Shown here: one piece after another, positions 55,740-64,000 of the stretch
Layout of the letters: the number at the start of each line of letters is the position of its first letter
Numbering within the stretch: position 1 is the first letter of the stretch
From: Lachnospiraceae bacterium UBA7196
Lineage (GTDB): Bacteria; Bacillota; Clostridia; Lachnospirales; Lachnospiraceae
Direction: 5' to 3'
Assembly: GCA_002490835.1 (NCBI GenBank)
Contig: DKUU01000020.1
Span: forward strand, 5,696-69,695
Length of the DNA: 64,000 nt
Notes under the pieces: model-generated
Told to the model about the DNA's origin: nothing
What the model saw: only the letters and a program-made list of their open reading frames with translations
The model's database searches: none
Program-made: the position numbers and the translations under genes

Positions 55740-56531
55740 ATGGCAAACATAACAGTAAGATATTTCTCGAATTGTCTGGTAAGACCTACTACTTTTGAAC
55801 TGTTCCTGCCCAACGATCCGCGCGCTGATCTGCCGCCGGATGCGGAACGTGAAATTTACGCGAAGCGTCCGATGAAGACGTTGTTTTTACTGCATGGTTA
55901 TACGGGCTGCGCGGGCAACTATGTGCCGGAATATCTGGCGGATCACTATCAGGTGGCAGTGATGGCGCCGAGCGGTGAGAACGGCTTTTGGCTGGACGGC
56001 ATTTCAACGGGGCATCGATTTGGTACGCTGCTGGGCGAGGAGATACCGGAATATCTGAACAAAACCTTTGGCTTGGCGGGGAGCGCAGAAGACACCTGCA
56101 TCCTCGGACTGTCGATGGGCGGCTTCGGCGCGCTGCACACGGGACTTGCCTACCCTGACCGTTTCGGCAAGATCGGCGCTATGTCTTCAGCCCTTATCGT
56201 GCATGAGGTGGCGGGGATGAAGCCGGGACAGGGAAACGGCGTCGCTAATTATGAGTATTATCGGGAATGTTTCGGCGAGCCGGAAAAGGTTTTGGAGAGC
56301 GAAAACAATCCGGAGACGCTGGTCGATAAACTCCTTGCGCAGAACAAAAAACTGCCTGAAATCTATATGGCCTGCGGCACGGAAGACTTCCTTCTGGAAA
56401 ACAACCGGGAGTTTCACCGCTTTTTGGAAGACAGAAAAGTTCCGCATGAGTACTTCGAGAGCAAGGGCACTCATGATATGACATTCTGGAACGAGTACAC
56501 CGAGAAAATCGTGAAGTGGATGTTCGCATAA
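55740..56531 (+). CDS. Esterase-family (esterase D-like) alpha/beta hydrolase
   Basis: Motif LFLLHGYTG. Nucleophile elbow GLSMGG. Distal D and H residues, including GTHDMTFW. Confidence 0.8.
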   Translation: MANITVRYFSNCLVRPTTFELFLPNDPRADLPPDAEREIYAKRPMKTLFLLHGYTGCAGNYVPEYLADHYQVAVMAPSGENGFWLDGISTGHRFGTLLGEEIPEYLNKTFGLAGSAEDTCILGLSMGGFGALHTGLAYPDRFGKIGAMSSALIVHEVAGMKPGQGNGVANYEYYRECFGEPEKVLESENNPETLVDKLLAQNKKLPEIYMACGTEDFLLENNREFHRFLEDRKVPHEYFESKGTHDMTFWNEYTEKIVKWMFA

Positions 56532-56561
56532 AAAAATCCCCCCAAAATGGGGGGATTTTTG
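56531..56561. terminator. Bidirectional rho-independent terminator between convergent genes
   Basis: AAAAAAT-CCCCCC-aaaat-GGGGGG-ATTTTT. A/T tracts lie on both sides. Confidence 0.78.
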
Positions 56562-56563
56562 AA

Positions 56564-58999
56564 TTAACCTAAGGTAACGATTACTTCATAACTCGTCTTC
56601 CCCTTCTCATAGGGCACCACGCACCCGTCGACAGCCTTCCCGTCCACGGTGATGGACTTCACGCCCTTCTCCACGTTATCAGGATTTAAGACCTTGATGT
56701 TGTAGGTGCCTTCCCGGAATTTACGGGTCAGGGTGAAGTCGCCGAAGCCCTTGGGCACGCAGGGATCGATGCTTAAGCCCTTGTGGGTCGGGTAAACGCC
56801 CAGAATGTGCTGGGAAACGTTGACAAAGGTCCATGCCGCCGTGCCGGTCAGCCAGCTGTTCTTTGCTTCGCCGTGGAATTTCGCGTCCGCGCCGGCCACC
56901 ATCTGCGAGTACACATAAGGCTCCGTGCGGTGGATCTCGCTGAACTCTTCCACATAGGCAGGGCAGGTTTTTTGATAAATTTCAAAGGCTCTGTCGCCGC
57001 GTCCGATGACCGTCTCCGCGATGGATACCCAAGGGTTATTGTGGCAGAAGATACCTGCATTCTCCTTGTATCCGGGCGGATAGGAAGAGATTTCACCAAG
57101 CTCTAAGTGGTATTTTGTGTAAGCAGGCTGTAAGATCATCACGCCGTACTTTGTGTCAAGTTTTTCTTTTACGGAATCAAGAGCCTTCTTTGCCAGCCCT
57201 TCCTTAACGCCGATGCCGGCCAGCGGGCAGAAACCGTTTGACTCAATGTAGATCTGGCCCTCTTCACATTCCTTGGAACCGATCTTCTTGCCGTAAGCGT
57301 CGTAGGCGCGGACGAACCAATCGCCGTCCCAACCGTCTTTGAGTACCGCGTCGTACATCTTCTGCACTTCTGCGCGTGCGCGGTCCGCTTCCGCCTGATC
57401 GTTCATCAGCTCGCAAAGCTGCGCGTATTCCTCGCCGTACTTAACAAACATGCCCGCGATGAACACGGACTCCGCCACGGGGCCCTCGGAAGGGCCGAAG
57501 GTCTGGAAGGATTCGCCCGGATGCTCGGAAAAGCAGTTTAAGTTCAGGCAGTCGTTCCAGTCGGCACGGCCAATTAACGGCAGATCATGAGGTCCCTTAT
57601 GATTTACGATATAGTCAAAGGAACGTTTCAGATGCTCCATCAAAGGTTTTGCGACACTCATGTCATTATCAAAAGGTACCTGCTCCGTGAGGATGGAGGT
57701 GTCGCCGCTCTCGCGCACATAGGCGGAGGTGCCGGCGATCAGCCACAGCGGGTCGTCATTGAAGCCGCTGCCGATGTCGGAATTTCCTTTTTTGGTGAGA
57801 GGCTGGTACTGGTGGTAGGCGCTGCCGTCCTCAAACTGCGTGGAAGCGATATCGATGATACGCTGTCTCGCTCGGTCGGGGATCAGGTGCACGAAGCCCA
57901 AAAGATCCTGACAGGAATCGCGGAAGCCCATGCCGCGGCCGATGCCCGACTCATAGTAGGAAGCGGAGCGGGACATATTGAAGGTCACCATGCACTGATA
58001 CTGGTTCCAGATATTGACCATACGGTCCACTTTATCGTTTGAGGACTTCACCGTATACTTGGAGAGAAGCTCGTTCCAGTATGCCTGCAGAGCAGCAAAA
58101 GCCTTATCCACATCTGCGTCGGTCTGATACTTGGCAAGCATTTTTTCGGCGGGTTTCTTATTGATGATGCCGGGCGCTTCCCACTTCTGGTCCTCAGGAT
58201 TTTCGATATAACCGAGGACGAAGACAAAGGTCTTGCTCTCGCCGGGATCAAGGGTCACGTTGATCTGGTGGGAGGCGATGGGAGACCAGCCGCTCGCCAT
58301 GGAGTTTGTGGCCTGTCCCTTCTCAACCACTTCCGGATTCGCCGCGCCGCGGTATGCGCCGAGAAAGGCGTCTCTGCTGGTATCGAAGCCGTCCACGGGC
58401 GTATTGACGGAATAGACCGCATAGTGGTTTCTGCGCTCTCTGTACTCTGTTTTATGGTAGATCGTGGAGCCGACCACTTCCACCTCTCCCGTGCTTAAAT
58501 TACGCTGAAAGTTTCGGGAATCGTCGTCCGCGTTCCACAGGCACCATTCCACGTAGGAGAAGAGGGTCGCGGTCTTTGCGCTGCCGCCTTTGTTGGTCAG
58601 CTTTACCTGACTGATCTCGCAGTTATCATCCATGGGAATGAAGGTGAGGACGGAGGCCTCAAGATCATTCTTTGCGCCCGTAAAGCGGCTGTAGCCGATA
58701 CCGTGACGGCACTCGTAGCTGTCAAGGTCCGTCTGCGTGGGTTTCCAGCCGGGATTCCAGACGGTATCGCCTTCTTTTATGTAGAAATACTTGCCGTTGA
58801 TATCGTTTGGCACGTCGTTGTAGCGGTAGCGGGTCATGCGAAGGAGCTTCGCATCCTTATAGAAGGTATAGCCGCCGCAGGTGTTGGAAAGTAACGTAAA
58901 GAACTCGTTGCAGCCTAAGTAGTTGATCCAAGGCAGGGGTGTCTTGGGGGTGGTGATGACGTACTCGCGGTTTGCGTCGTCAAAGTAACCAAATTTCAT
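56564..58999 (-). CDS. GH94 cellobiose (or cellodextrin/chitobiose) phosphorylase
   Basis: 811 aa. N-terminus is [29 protein letters not shown]. Catalytic region has [11 protein letters not shown]. Length and termini match cellobiose phosphorylases. Confidence 0.92.
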   Translation of the reverse strand: MKFGYFDDANREYVITTPKTPLPWINYLGCNEFFTLLSNTCGGYTFYKDAKLLRMTRYRYNDVPNDINGKYFYIKEGDTVWNPGWKPTQTDLDSYECRHGIGYSRFTGAKNDLEASVLTFIPMDDNCEISQVKLTNKGGSAKTATLFSYVEWCLWNADDDSRNFQRNLSTGEVEVVGSTIYHKTEYRERRNHYAVYSVNTPVDGFDTSRDAFLGAYRGAANPEVVEKGQATNSMASGWSPIASHQINVTLDPGESKTFVFVLGYIENPEDQKWEAPGIINKKPAEKMLAKYQTDADVDKAFAALQAYWNELLSKYTVKSSNDKVDRMVNIWNQYQCMVTFNMSRSASYYESGIGRGMGFRDSCQDLLGFVHLIPDRARQRIIDIASTQFEDGSAYHQYQPLTKKGNSDIGSGFNDDPLWLIAGTSAYVRESGDTSILTEQVPFDNDMSVAKPLMEHLKRSFDYIVNHKGPHDLPLIGRADWNDCLNLNCFSEHPGESFQTFGPSEGPVAESVFIAGMFVKYGEEYAQLCELMNDQAEADRARAEVQKMYDAVLKDGWDGDWFVRAYDAYGKKIGSKECEEGQIYIESNGFCPLAGIGVKEGLAKKALDSVKEKLDTKYGVMILQPAYTKYHLELGEISSYPPGYKENAGIFCHNNPWVSIAETVIGRGDRAFEIYQKTCPAYVEEFSEIHRTEPYVYSQMVAGADAKFHGEAKNSWLTGTAAWTFVNVSQHILGVYPTHKGLSIDPCVPKGFGDFTLTRKFREGTYNIKVLNPDNVEKGVKSITVDGKAVDGCVVPYEKGKTSYEVIVTLG

Positions 59000-59049
59000 A
59001 GCGATAGTCTCCTTTTTCTTTTTTGGTTTTTCTGATTTGGAAAAGAAAG

Positions 59050-59059
59050 TAAACGTTTA
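59050..59059. promoter_or_regulatory. Candidate LacI-family operator core TAAACGTTTA
   Basis: 10-bp palindrome centred on CG, about 50 nt upstream of the GH94 start and divergent from the LacI gene. Confidence 0.35.
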
Positions 59060-59298
59060 AGTAAAACTCTCTTCCAATCGCATATTTCCATTATACAGAA
59101 GAAATTGGGAAAAAGCAATCCATATAATATATTCCGCGAAAATCCTTGAAAATACCTGTAAAAAGCATGGCGGACGCAAAATACATTGCATTGCGGGCTA
59201 ATCTATTGTACAATAAAGATACGAAAACGATTAAGACACAAAAGCAGGAAAGCAGAGAAAAAACGAAGGGATCGTTTTGACGCTGCGGGGAGTAGAAA

Positions 59299-60324
59299 AT
59301 GGTATCGATGAAGGATATTGCGGTGGCCTGCGGCGTGTCCGTGGCCACGGTCAGCAAGGCGCTGAACGATCAGAACGATATCGGCAGGAAGACGAAGGAA
59401 CGCGTGCGCCGGATGGCTGAGGAAATGGGTTATTTTTCTAATTCCGCGGCTAAAATGTTAAAGACGAACCGCAGTTACAATATCGGCGTCCTCTTTGCGC
59501 ATGAGGATTACAGCGGTCTGACTCACGACTACTATGCCGCCGTACTGGACAGCTTGAAACGCACGGTGGAGCAGCAGGGGTACGACATTACTTTTATCAA
59601 CAGTTATCAGCATTTTGCCGGAACGGCAAGCTATCTGGGGCATTGCAGGTCGAGGGGCTTCGACGGCATTGCTATCGTCTGTACGGACTTTTATTCGCCG
59701 GAGATCATAGAGCTTGTCAGGAGCGATATCCCCACGGTCACGCTGGATCATCTGTTTAACGACGTCTGTGCGGTGATGTCAAATAACGTACAGGGGATGC
59801 AGGATCTTTTGACTTATGTCTGGGAGAAGGGTCATAGGCGCGTGGCGTACATCCACGGGGCGGATTCGTCCGTGACCCAGAGCAGGCTGGCGTCCTTTTA
59901 TCGGACGGCAGTGCAGCTTGGCCTTACCATTCCGGACGAGTATATCAGGATGTCTCCTTACCGCGACACGAAGGGCGCCTATCGGGAAACCATGTATCTG
60001 CTGGGACTTTCCGAACCGCCTACCTGTATCCTTTATCCGGATGACTTTTCAGCCTTTGGCGGCTATAACGCGATCAGGGAGAGCGGCCTTAAAGTGGCGG
60101 AGGATGTTTCTGTCGCGGGGTATGACGGCATCAGGATCGCCAGACACATCGAGCCGACGCTGACGACGCTGCGGCAGGATACGGAAGAGCTGGGACATCA
60201 GGTGGGGGAGAAGCTGATCAGTCTGATCGAGCATCCAAAGACGACGCTGGTGGAGACGATCGTTGTGGAAGGACATGTGTTTTCGGGAAACTCCGTGAAA
60301 GATATTCGGGGAAAGAAAAAATGA
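59299..60324 (+). CDS. LacI-family transcriptional regulator
   Basis: HTH has MKDIAVACGVSVATVSKALN. A periplasmic-binding-protein-like sugar-binding core follows. Confidence 0.9.
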   Translation: MVSMKDIAVACGVSVATVSKALNDQNDIGRKTKERVRRMAEEMGYFSNSAAKMLKTNRSYNIGVLFAHEDYSGLTHDYYAAVLDSLKRTVEQQGYDITFINSYQHFAGTASYLGHCRSRGFDGIAIVCTDFYSPEIIELVRSDIPTVTLDHLFNDVCAVMSNNVQGMQDLLTYVWEKGHRRVAYIHGADSSVTQSRLASFYRTAVQLGLTIPDEYIRMSPYRDTKGAYRETMYLLGLSEPPTCILYPDDFSAFGGYNAIRESGLKVAEDVSVAGYDGIRIARHIEPTLTTLRQDTEELGHQVGEKLISLIEHPKTTLVETIVVEGHVFSGNSVKDIRGKKK

Positions 60325-60704
60325 TTTTATTTGACCAAACCAAATTAAAAGTGTACGATGGTTTCACAAGGTTGTGCGAGTATGCGGGCAGGACGAAAGA
60401 ATGGCAGCAGAGCCTCTGGAATGAATTTTTGGTAAATAAGGGGTTGTATGACGCTTTCGTCTATTATCTGGAGCAGCATGCGCTTCCGGAGACGCCAAAG
60501 TGCGAGGGCTATTCCCTGACGGACTGCTTCGTATGGCAGATGGAGCAGGATAATCTGCGTCGGGATACGGGGAAGAATACGGCGCAGTGCAATAAGGAAG
60601 ATATGGTGCTGCGCGCCTTTTTGATGATGGCGCAGATGCAGAGGCAGCCGGCGGAGCATTTGAGGAAGCTGCGCGAATGGAAGGGTATGGATCAGACCAT
60701 GTAA
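60321..60704 (+). CDS. Hypothetical protein (127 aa)
   Basis: ATGA overlap with the LacI stop. No motif recognised. Confidence 0.45.
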   Translation: MILFDQTKLKVYDGFTRLCEYAGRTKEWQQSLWNEFLVNKGLYDAFVYYLEQHALPETPKCEGYSLTDCFVWQMEQDNLRRDTGKNTAQCNKEDMVLRAFLMMAQMQRQPAEHLRKLREWKGMDQTM

Positions 60705-60751
60705 CGGCACAGCGGCCTTGCAAAAACGGACAGAGGAAAAAGGAAGTCAGG

Positions 60752-61195
60752 ATGGAACGAACAGAATTTATGGACAGGCTGCAGCGCGCGCTGGCTGGCG
60801 GCGTGAACAGCTCACAGGTGGCGGAAAATGTGCGCTACTATCAGGATTATATCGACACGGAGATCAGGAAAGGCAGGAGTGAGGCGGAGGTGCTTTCCGG
60901 TCTTGGGGATCCGAGACTTTTGGCAAAGAGCATCATTGAGGCCAATAAGCGTGCGGGTTACGTCGAGGGAACCAATCAGAATTTTGACGAGGAGACACAG
61001 GATGACAGGGCGCAGGGACGCGCAGGCGCTTCGTTTAGCGCCGTTCGTGTGCCGGGCTGGCTCATCTTACTGTTTGTGATCGTGATTGCGCTTCTCGTCA
61101 TTGGCCTGATCTTTTCCGCGATCTCTCTTTTAGCGCCCATCATCATCCCGGTGTTGCTCGTAATCCTGCTTTATCATTTTATTCGGGGCAGATGA
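60752..61195 (+). CDS. DUF1700-like membrane protein
   Basis: Start at ATG 60752. The N-terminus MERTEFMDRLQRAL..YYQDYID..LGDPRLLAKSI is typical of DUF1700. Hydrophobic C-terminal helices. Confidence 0.6.
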   Translation: MERTEFMDRLQRALAGGVNSSQVAENVRYYQDYIDTEIRKGRSEAEVLSGLGDPRLLAKSIIEANKRAGYVEGTNQNFDEETQDDRAQGRAGASFSAVRVPGWLILLFVIVIALLVIGLIFSAISLLAPIIIPVLLVILLYHFIRGR

Positions 61196-61279
61196 CAAAA
61201 GTAAATTTCATCGGAATTAATTTTCGGGTAAGGAAAAAGTTTCCCTGCCACCGTCGCACTTTCCTATAAAGTAAAATAC

Positions 61280-61306
61280 AACAGACCGTCAAAAAGACGG
61301 TCTGTT
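61280..61306 (+). terminator. Perfect 11-bp hairpin after the DUF1700 gene
   Basis: AACAGACCGTC-aaaaa-GACGGTCTGTT. There is no T-tract, so the terminator function is uncertain. Confidence 0.4.
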
Positions 61307-61486
61307 GAGGGGAGTATAAAAAATTGATATAAGGGTCTGTAGGCGGAGAATGAAGGGGTATCTCCGTCTACAATTATTATTATAGTACTTTTTCAGGAAA
61401 AAGCAACAAAAAATAGTATCAAAGTACCAACACCCCTTTTGGTGCTTTTATCTAAAAAAATAGTACTAAAGGCCCAGTATGCGGTT

Positions 61487-61516
61487 GAATAAGTTCGTTG
61501 TTTCTTTCTCATACTA
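61487..61516 (+). promoter_or_regulatory. Forespore sigma-G-type promoter candidate
   Basis: GAATA (61487-61491), 18-nt spacer, CATACTA (61510-61516). It fits the Bacillus consensus GHATR-N18-CATXHTA. Confidence 0.4.
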
Positions 61517-61552
61517 TTTCTGTAACACGAAACCAATCAGGAGGTATGGAAG

Positions 61553-61702
61553 ATGTCTAAAAACGATTTTAACCAGAACAGCCAGCAGAATGAGAAGCAG
61601 CAGGACAAGAACAACCAGAACAATTCGAAGAACAGTTCTAACAGCAGCTCCAACAACAGCTCCAAGAACAGTTCCGGCAACAGCAGCAAGGACAACTACT
61701 AA
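61553..61702 (+). CDS. Unannotated 49-aa Asn/Ser/Gln/Lys-rich hydrophilic protein, possible minor spore protein
   Basis: It falls below the ORF-track length cutoff. AGGAGG (61539-61544) lies 8 nt before the ATG. Translation is MSKNDFNQNSQQNEKQQDKNNQNNSKNSSNSSSNNSSKNSSGNSSKDNY. A terminator follows. Confidence 0.55.
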   Translation: MSKNDFNQNSQQNEKQQDKNNQNNSKNSSNSSSNNSSKNSSGNSSKDNY

Positions 61703-61720
61703 GCGCTGCCTGATCAGAGG

Positions 61721-61744
61721 GGGGACGCATTACGCGTCCCCTTT
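61721..61744 (+). terminator. Rho-independent terminator after the small ORF
   Basis: Stem GGGGACGC/GCGTCCCC with a 5-nt loop, followed by TTT. Confidence 0.6.
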
Positions 61745-61751
61745 CGCGTGC

Positions 61752-61780
61752 TTGACACGGAAATCGTTACAGCATACAAT
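61752..61780 (+). promoter_or_regulatory. Sigma-A-type promoter placed for a leaderless transcript
   Basis: TTGACA (61752-61757), 17-nt spacer, TACAAT (61775-61780). The ATG of the next gene begins 7 nt after the -10 element. Confidence 0.45.
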
Positions 61781-61786
61781 GTAGCT

Positions 61787-62935
61787 ATGGAAAAATTAGA
61801 GTATATCGTGCCCTGTCATTTCGGACTGGAAGCCGTATTGAAAAGAGAACTCACTAAGCTGGGATTAGCGATCACCTGCGTTGACGACGGCCGGATCACT
61901 TTTAGCGGGGATGTCGGCGCGCTTTGCCGCGCCAATGTTTTTTTGCGCAGCGCAGAGCGGGTACTGATTAAGATAGGAAGTTTTCGTGCGGAGACCTTTG
62001 AGGAGCTTTTTCAGGGAACGCGGGAACTGCCCTGGGAAGCTTATATCCCGAAGGACGGGAAATTCTGGGTGGCAAAGGCGGCCAGTGTGAAAAGTAAGCT
62101 TTTCAGCCCGTCAGACATCCAGTCGGTGATGAAAAAGGCGATGGTGGAGCGCATGAAGAGCGTCTACCATATCGACTGGTTTACGGAGAGCGGCGCATCC
62201 TATCCTGTCCGTGTCTTCATCAAAAAAGACGAGGTGACGGTGGGACTGGATACTTCGGGGGAATCCTTACATAAACGGGGCTACCGCAAGCTTGTGGCCA
62301 AAGCCCCGATCGCGGAGAATCTGGCGGCGGCGCTTCTGATGCTGACGCCTTGGCAGGGGGACAGGATATTGGTCGATCCCTTCTGCGGCAGCGGGACGAT
62401 CCCCATCGAGGCGGCAATGATGGCGGCCCATATCGCGCCCGGCAAAAACAGGAGCTTTCTGGCGCAGGAGTGGACGAAACTTGTGCCGCAGCGCCTTTGG
62501 CAGGCGGCTTTAGAGGAAGCGGCCGATTTGGAAGATCTTACCGTGCAGACACAGATTCAGGGCTACGATATCGACGAGGAGATGGTCTCCATCGCCAGAG
62601 CCAACGCGCGCCTTGCGGGGGTGGAAGGACTGATCCATTTTCAGCAAAGAGGCGTGGAACAGCTCAGTCATGCGAAAAAGTATGGGTTCATCCTCACCAA
62701 TCCACCCTATGGCGAGAGACTGGAGGAGAAGGAGAATCTGCAGGCGCTGTATCGGACGCTGGGAGAACGCTTTTTTGCGCTGGATTCGTGGTCGATGTAC
62801 GTGATCACGGCCTACGAGCAGGCGGAAGCGGCAATCGGCAGAAAGGCGGATAAGAACAGGAAGCTGTATAATGGCATGATGAAGACATATTTTTATCAGT
62901 ACATGGGTCCGAAACCCACCGGGAGCAAGAGATGA
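61787..62935 (+). CDS. THUMP-domain class I SAM-dependent RNA methyltransferase (RlmL/YpsC-like)
   Basis: Start at ATG 61787 (MEKLEYIVPCHFGLEAVLKREL). Motifs DPFCGSGTIPIEAA and TNPPYGERL. Confidence 0.85.
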   Translation: MEKLEYIVPCHFGLEAVLKRELTKLGLAITCVDDGRITFSGDVGALCRANVFLRSAERVLIKIGSFRAETFEELFQGTRELPWEAYIPKDGKFWVAKAASVKSKLFSPSDIQSVMKKAMVERMKSVYHIDWFTESGASYPVRVFIKKDEVTVGLDTSGESLHKRGYRKLVAKAPIAENLAAALLMLTPWQGDRILVDPFCGSGTIPIEAAMMAAHIAPGKNRSFLAQEWTKLVPQRLWQAALEEAADLEDLTVQTQIQGYDIDEEMVSIARANARLAGVEGLIHFQQRGVEQLSHAKKYGFILTNPPYGERLEEKENLQALYRTLGERFFALDSWSMYVITAYEQAEAAIGRKADKNRKLYNGMMKTYFYQYMGPKPTGSKR

Positions 62936-64000
62936 CACAGGCACAGGCGTTGATGAGAAGCACATTACTATACTGTATTCTGTTCGTGGCGGCGGCGATG
63001 AGCGTGATGCTTTATTATTCCGCGACAAAGACGGTAGATGTGCCGGATGTGGCGCAGGACGAGGTAGTTTCTTCCCAGCAGCCGCAGACGGAGCCAGTCG
63101 TTCCTGCGCAGACTGACGAAATTAGGATTGACCGGAATAGTCAGTCTACAAATTATTTCTGCGTGCCGATGCCGGAGAGCGTGAAGGCGGAAGAAGTGGT
63201 TTTGGAAAATCATTATATGAACGAAGAATTGTGGATCAGCATCAGTTCTTCCCAACCCGAATTATTTCAGGATTTTTACACGGCTAACAGTGTTTACGGA
63301 AACAGTAAGAATGTGAAGGACGGTCATTTTGAGGCGGGAAAGGAGCGGACATATCTGCGCTTTGCCTTAGATGGTGTGTACGAGTACAACAGTATTTTTG
63401 AGGATCATATTCTGTACGTGGAGTTTGTGCCGCCCAAAGAAGTATATGAGAAGATCATCGTGGTGGATCCCGCTTACGGCGGCGGGGAGACGGGCGTGGT
63501 GGAAAAGGATGTCATGTCTAAGGATATTACGCTGAATATCGCTAAGGCACTCAAGGCAAAACTCGACGGGAGTGACATCAAAGTTTACTATACCAGAATG
63601 GACGACAGCGATCCCGCGGCGGCGGACCGCGTGGGTCTCTCTGTGGCGACCAAGGCAGACATGCTGATCCGTATCGAGGTAAGCGGTGACGAAAACAGCA
63701 AACTTTACGGCACTACGACAGTCTACAACAGTCAGTTTTTCATTCCCGGTTTCGGCAACGTGGAGCTGGCGGATCTTCTGGAACGGGAAGTGGTCACTTC
63801 CATCAGCGGCAAGGCCGGCGGACTGGTCGAGGCGACGGAGGCGGATGAGGTGATCGGCAATGCAACGGTTCCAGCGGCGGCGGTCCGGGTGGGGTATCTC
63901 ACCAACAGTCAGGAGGCAATCCTCTTGCAGCGGGAGGATTATATTGAACGGATCGCGGATGGTATTTATAACGCGGTGATGAAAGCTTATGAGGTGCGTG
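62932..64000 (+). CDS. N-acetylmuramoyl-L-alanine amidase (Amidase_3), 3' end outside the window
   Basis: It is not in the ORF track because the frame has no stop within the window. ATGA overlap with the upstream stop. N-terminal TM helix. Amidase_3 motifs IIVVDPAYGGGETG, LSVATKADMLIRIE and PAAAVRVGYLTN. Confidence 0.8.
   Translation, partial: MTQAQALMRSTLLYCILFVAAAMSVMLYYSATKTVDVPDVAQDEVVSSQQPQTEPVVPAQTDEIRIDRNSQSTNYFCVPMPESVKAEEVVLENHYMNEELWISISSSQPELFQDFYTANSVYGNSKNVKDGHFEAGKERTYLRFALDGVYEYNSIFEDHILYVEFVPPKEVYEKIIVVDPAYGGGETGVVEKDVMSKDITLNIAKALKAKLDGSDIKVYYTRMDDSDPAAADRVGLSVATKADMLIRIEVSGDENSKLYGTTTVYNSQFFIPGFGNVELADLLEREVVTSISGKAGGLVEATEADEVIGNATVPAAAVRVGYLTNSQEAILLQREDYIERIADGIYNAVMKAYEVR

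Noticed and set aside
61479-61784. A 101-aa track ORF overlapping the small Asn/Ser-rich gene in another frame.
   Set aside because: It has no RBS, runs through a terminator hairpin and a promoter, and its translation is Arg/Thr-rich and low in complexity. The 49-codon frame has the RBS and the terminator in the right places.
1-64000. Search for prophage, integrase, transposase, restriction-modification, CBASS, retron, Cas or toxin-rich defence islands.
   Set aside because: I recognised none of these by motif. The only candidates with a defence-like flavour are the two ATPase-DUF234 genes and the PIN pair, reported above with appropriate uncertainty.

Overview
The window looks like ordinary chromosome from a moderately GC-rich, probably endospore-forming Firmicute. 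Sampled 60-nt lines are about 47-55% GC. Gene content resembles Clostridia or Lachnospiraceae, but that is inference only. I call about 57 CDS and one tRNA-Arg(ACG). I see no rRNA, CRISPR array, transposase or integrase. A housekeeping backbone (dnaE, pfkA, TrmH-like, proC, argF, birA, dusB, greA, lysS, NfeD/SPFH, SleB-like hydrolase, GH94 phosphorylase, THUMP methyltransferase, amidase) is interleaved with many nucleotide-second-messenger genes. The best candidate for an undescribed system is a ten-gene co-directional operon at about 36.9-48.1 kb. It joins a full CheA/W/R/B/Y/MCP core to a soluble PAS histidine kinase with a His-less pseudo-Hpt tail, a stand-alone Hpt protein, and two REC-HD-GYP proteins, one with a degenerate metal site. 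This suggests a chemosensory phosphorelay whose output is cyclic-dinucleotide hydrolysis. Other points of interest:
- a FecR-like / CHASE2-cyclase / TIM-barrel / GAF-HD-GYP operon at 0.1-7.0 kb
- two orphan paralogous ATPase-wHTH-DUF234 genes with PD-(D/E)xK-like motifs, each preceded by direct repeats phased at exactly 15 bp
- a LysRS fused to an HD hydrolase domain
- a membrane-anchorless histidine kinase coupled to an ABC-2 transporter
- a low-GC islet next to the tRNA carrying a PIN-first two-gene module
- an ECF sigma factor with soluble, non-canonical downstream partners
- an unannotated 49-codon Asn/Ser-rich ORF behind a forespore sigma-G-type promoter
All family assignments come from motifs read by eye, and no database search was run.
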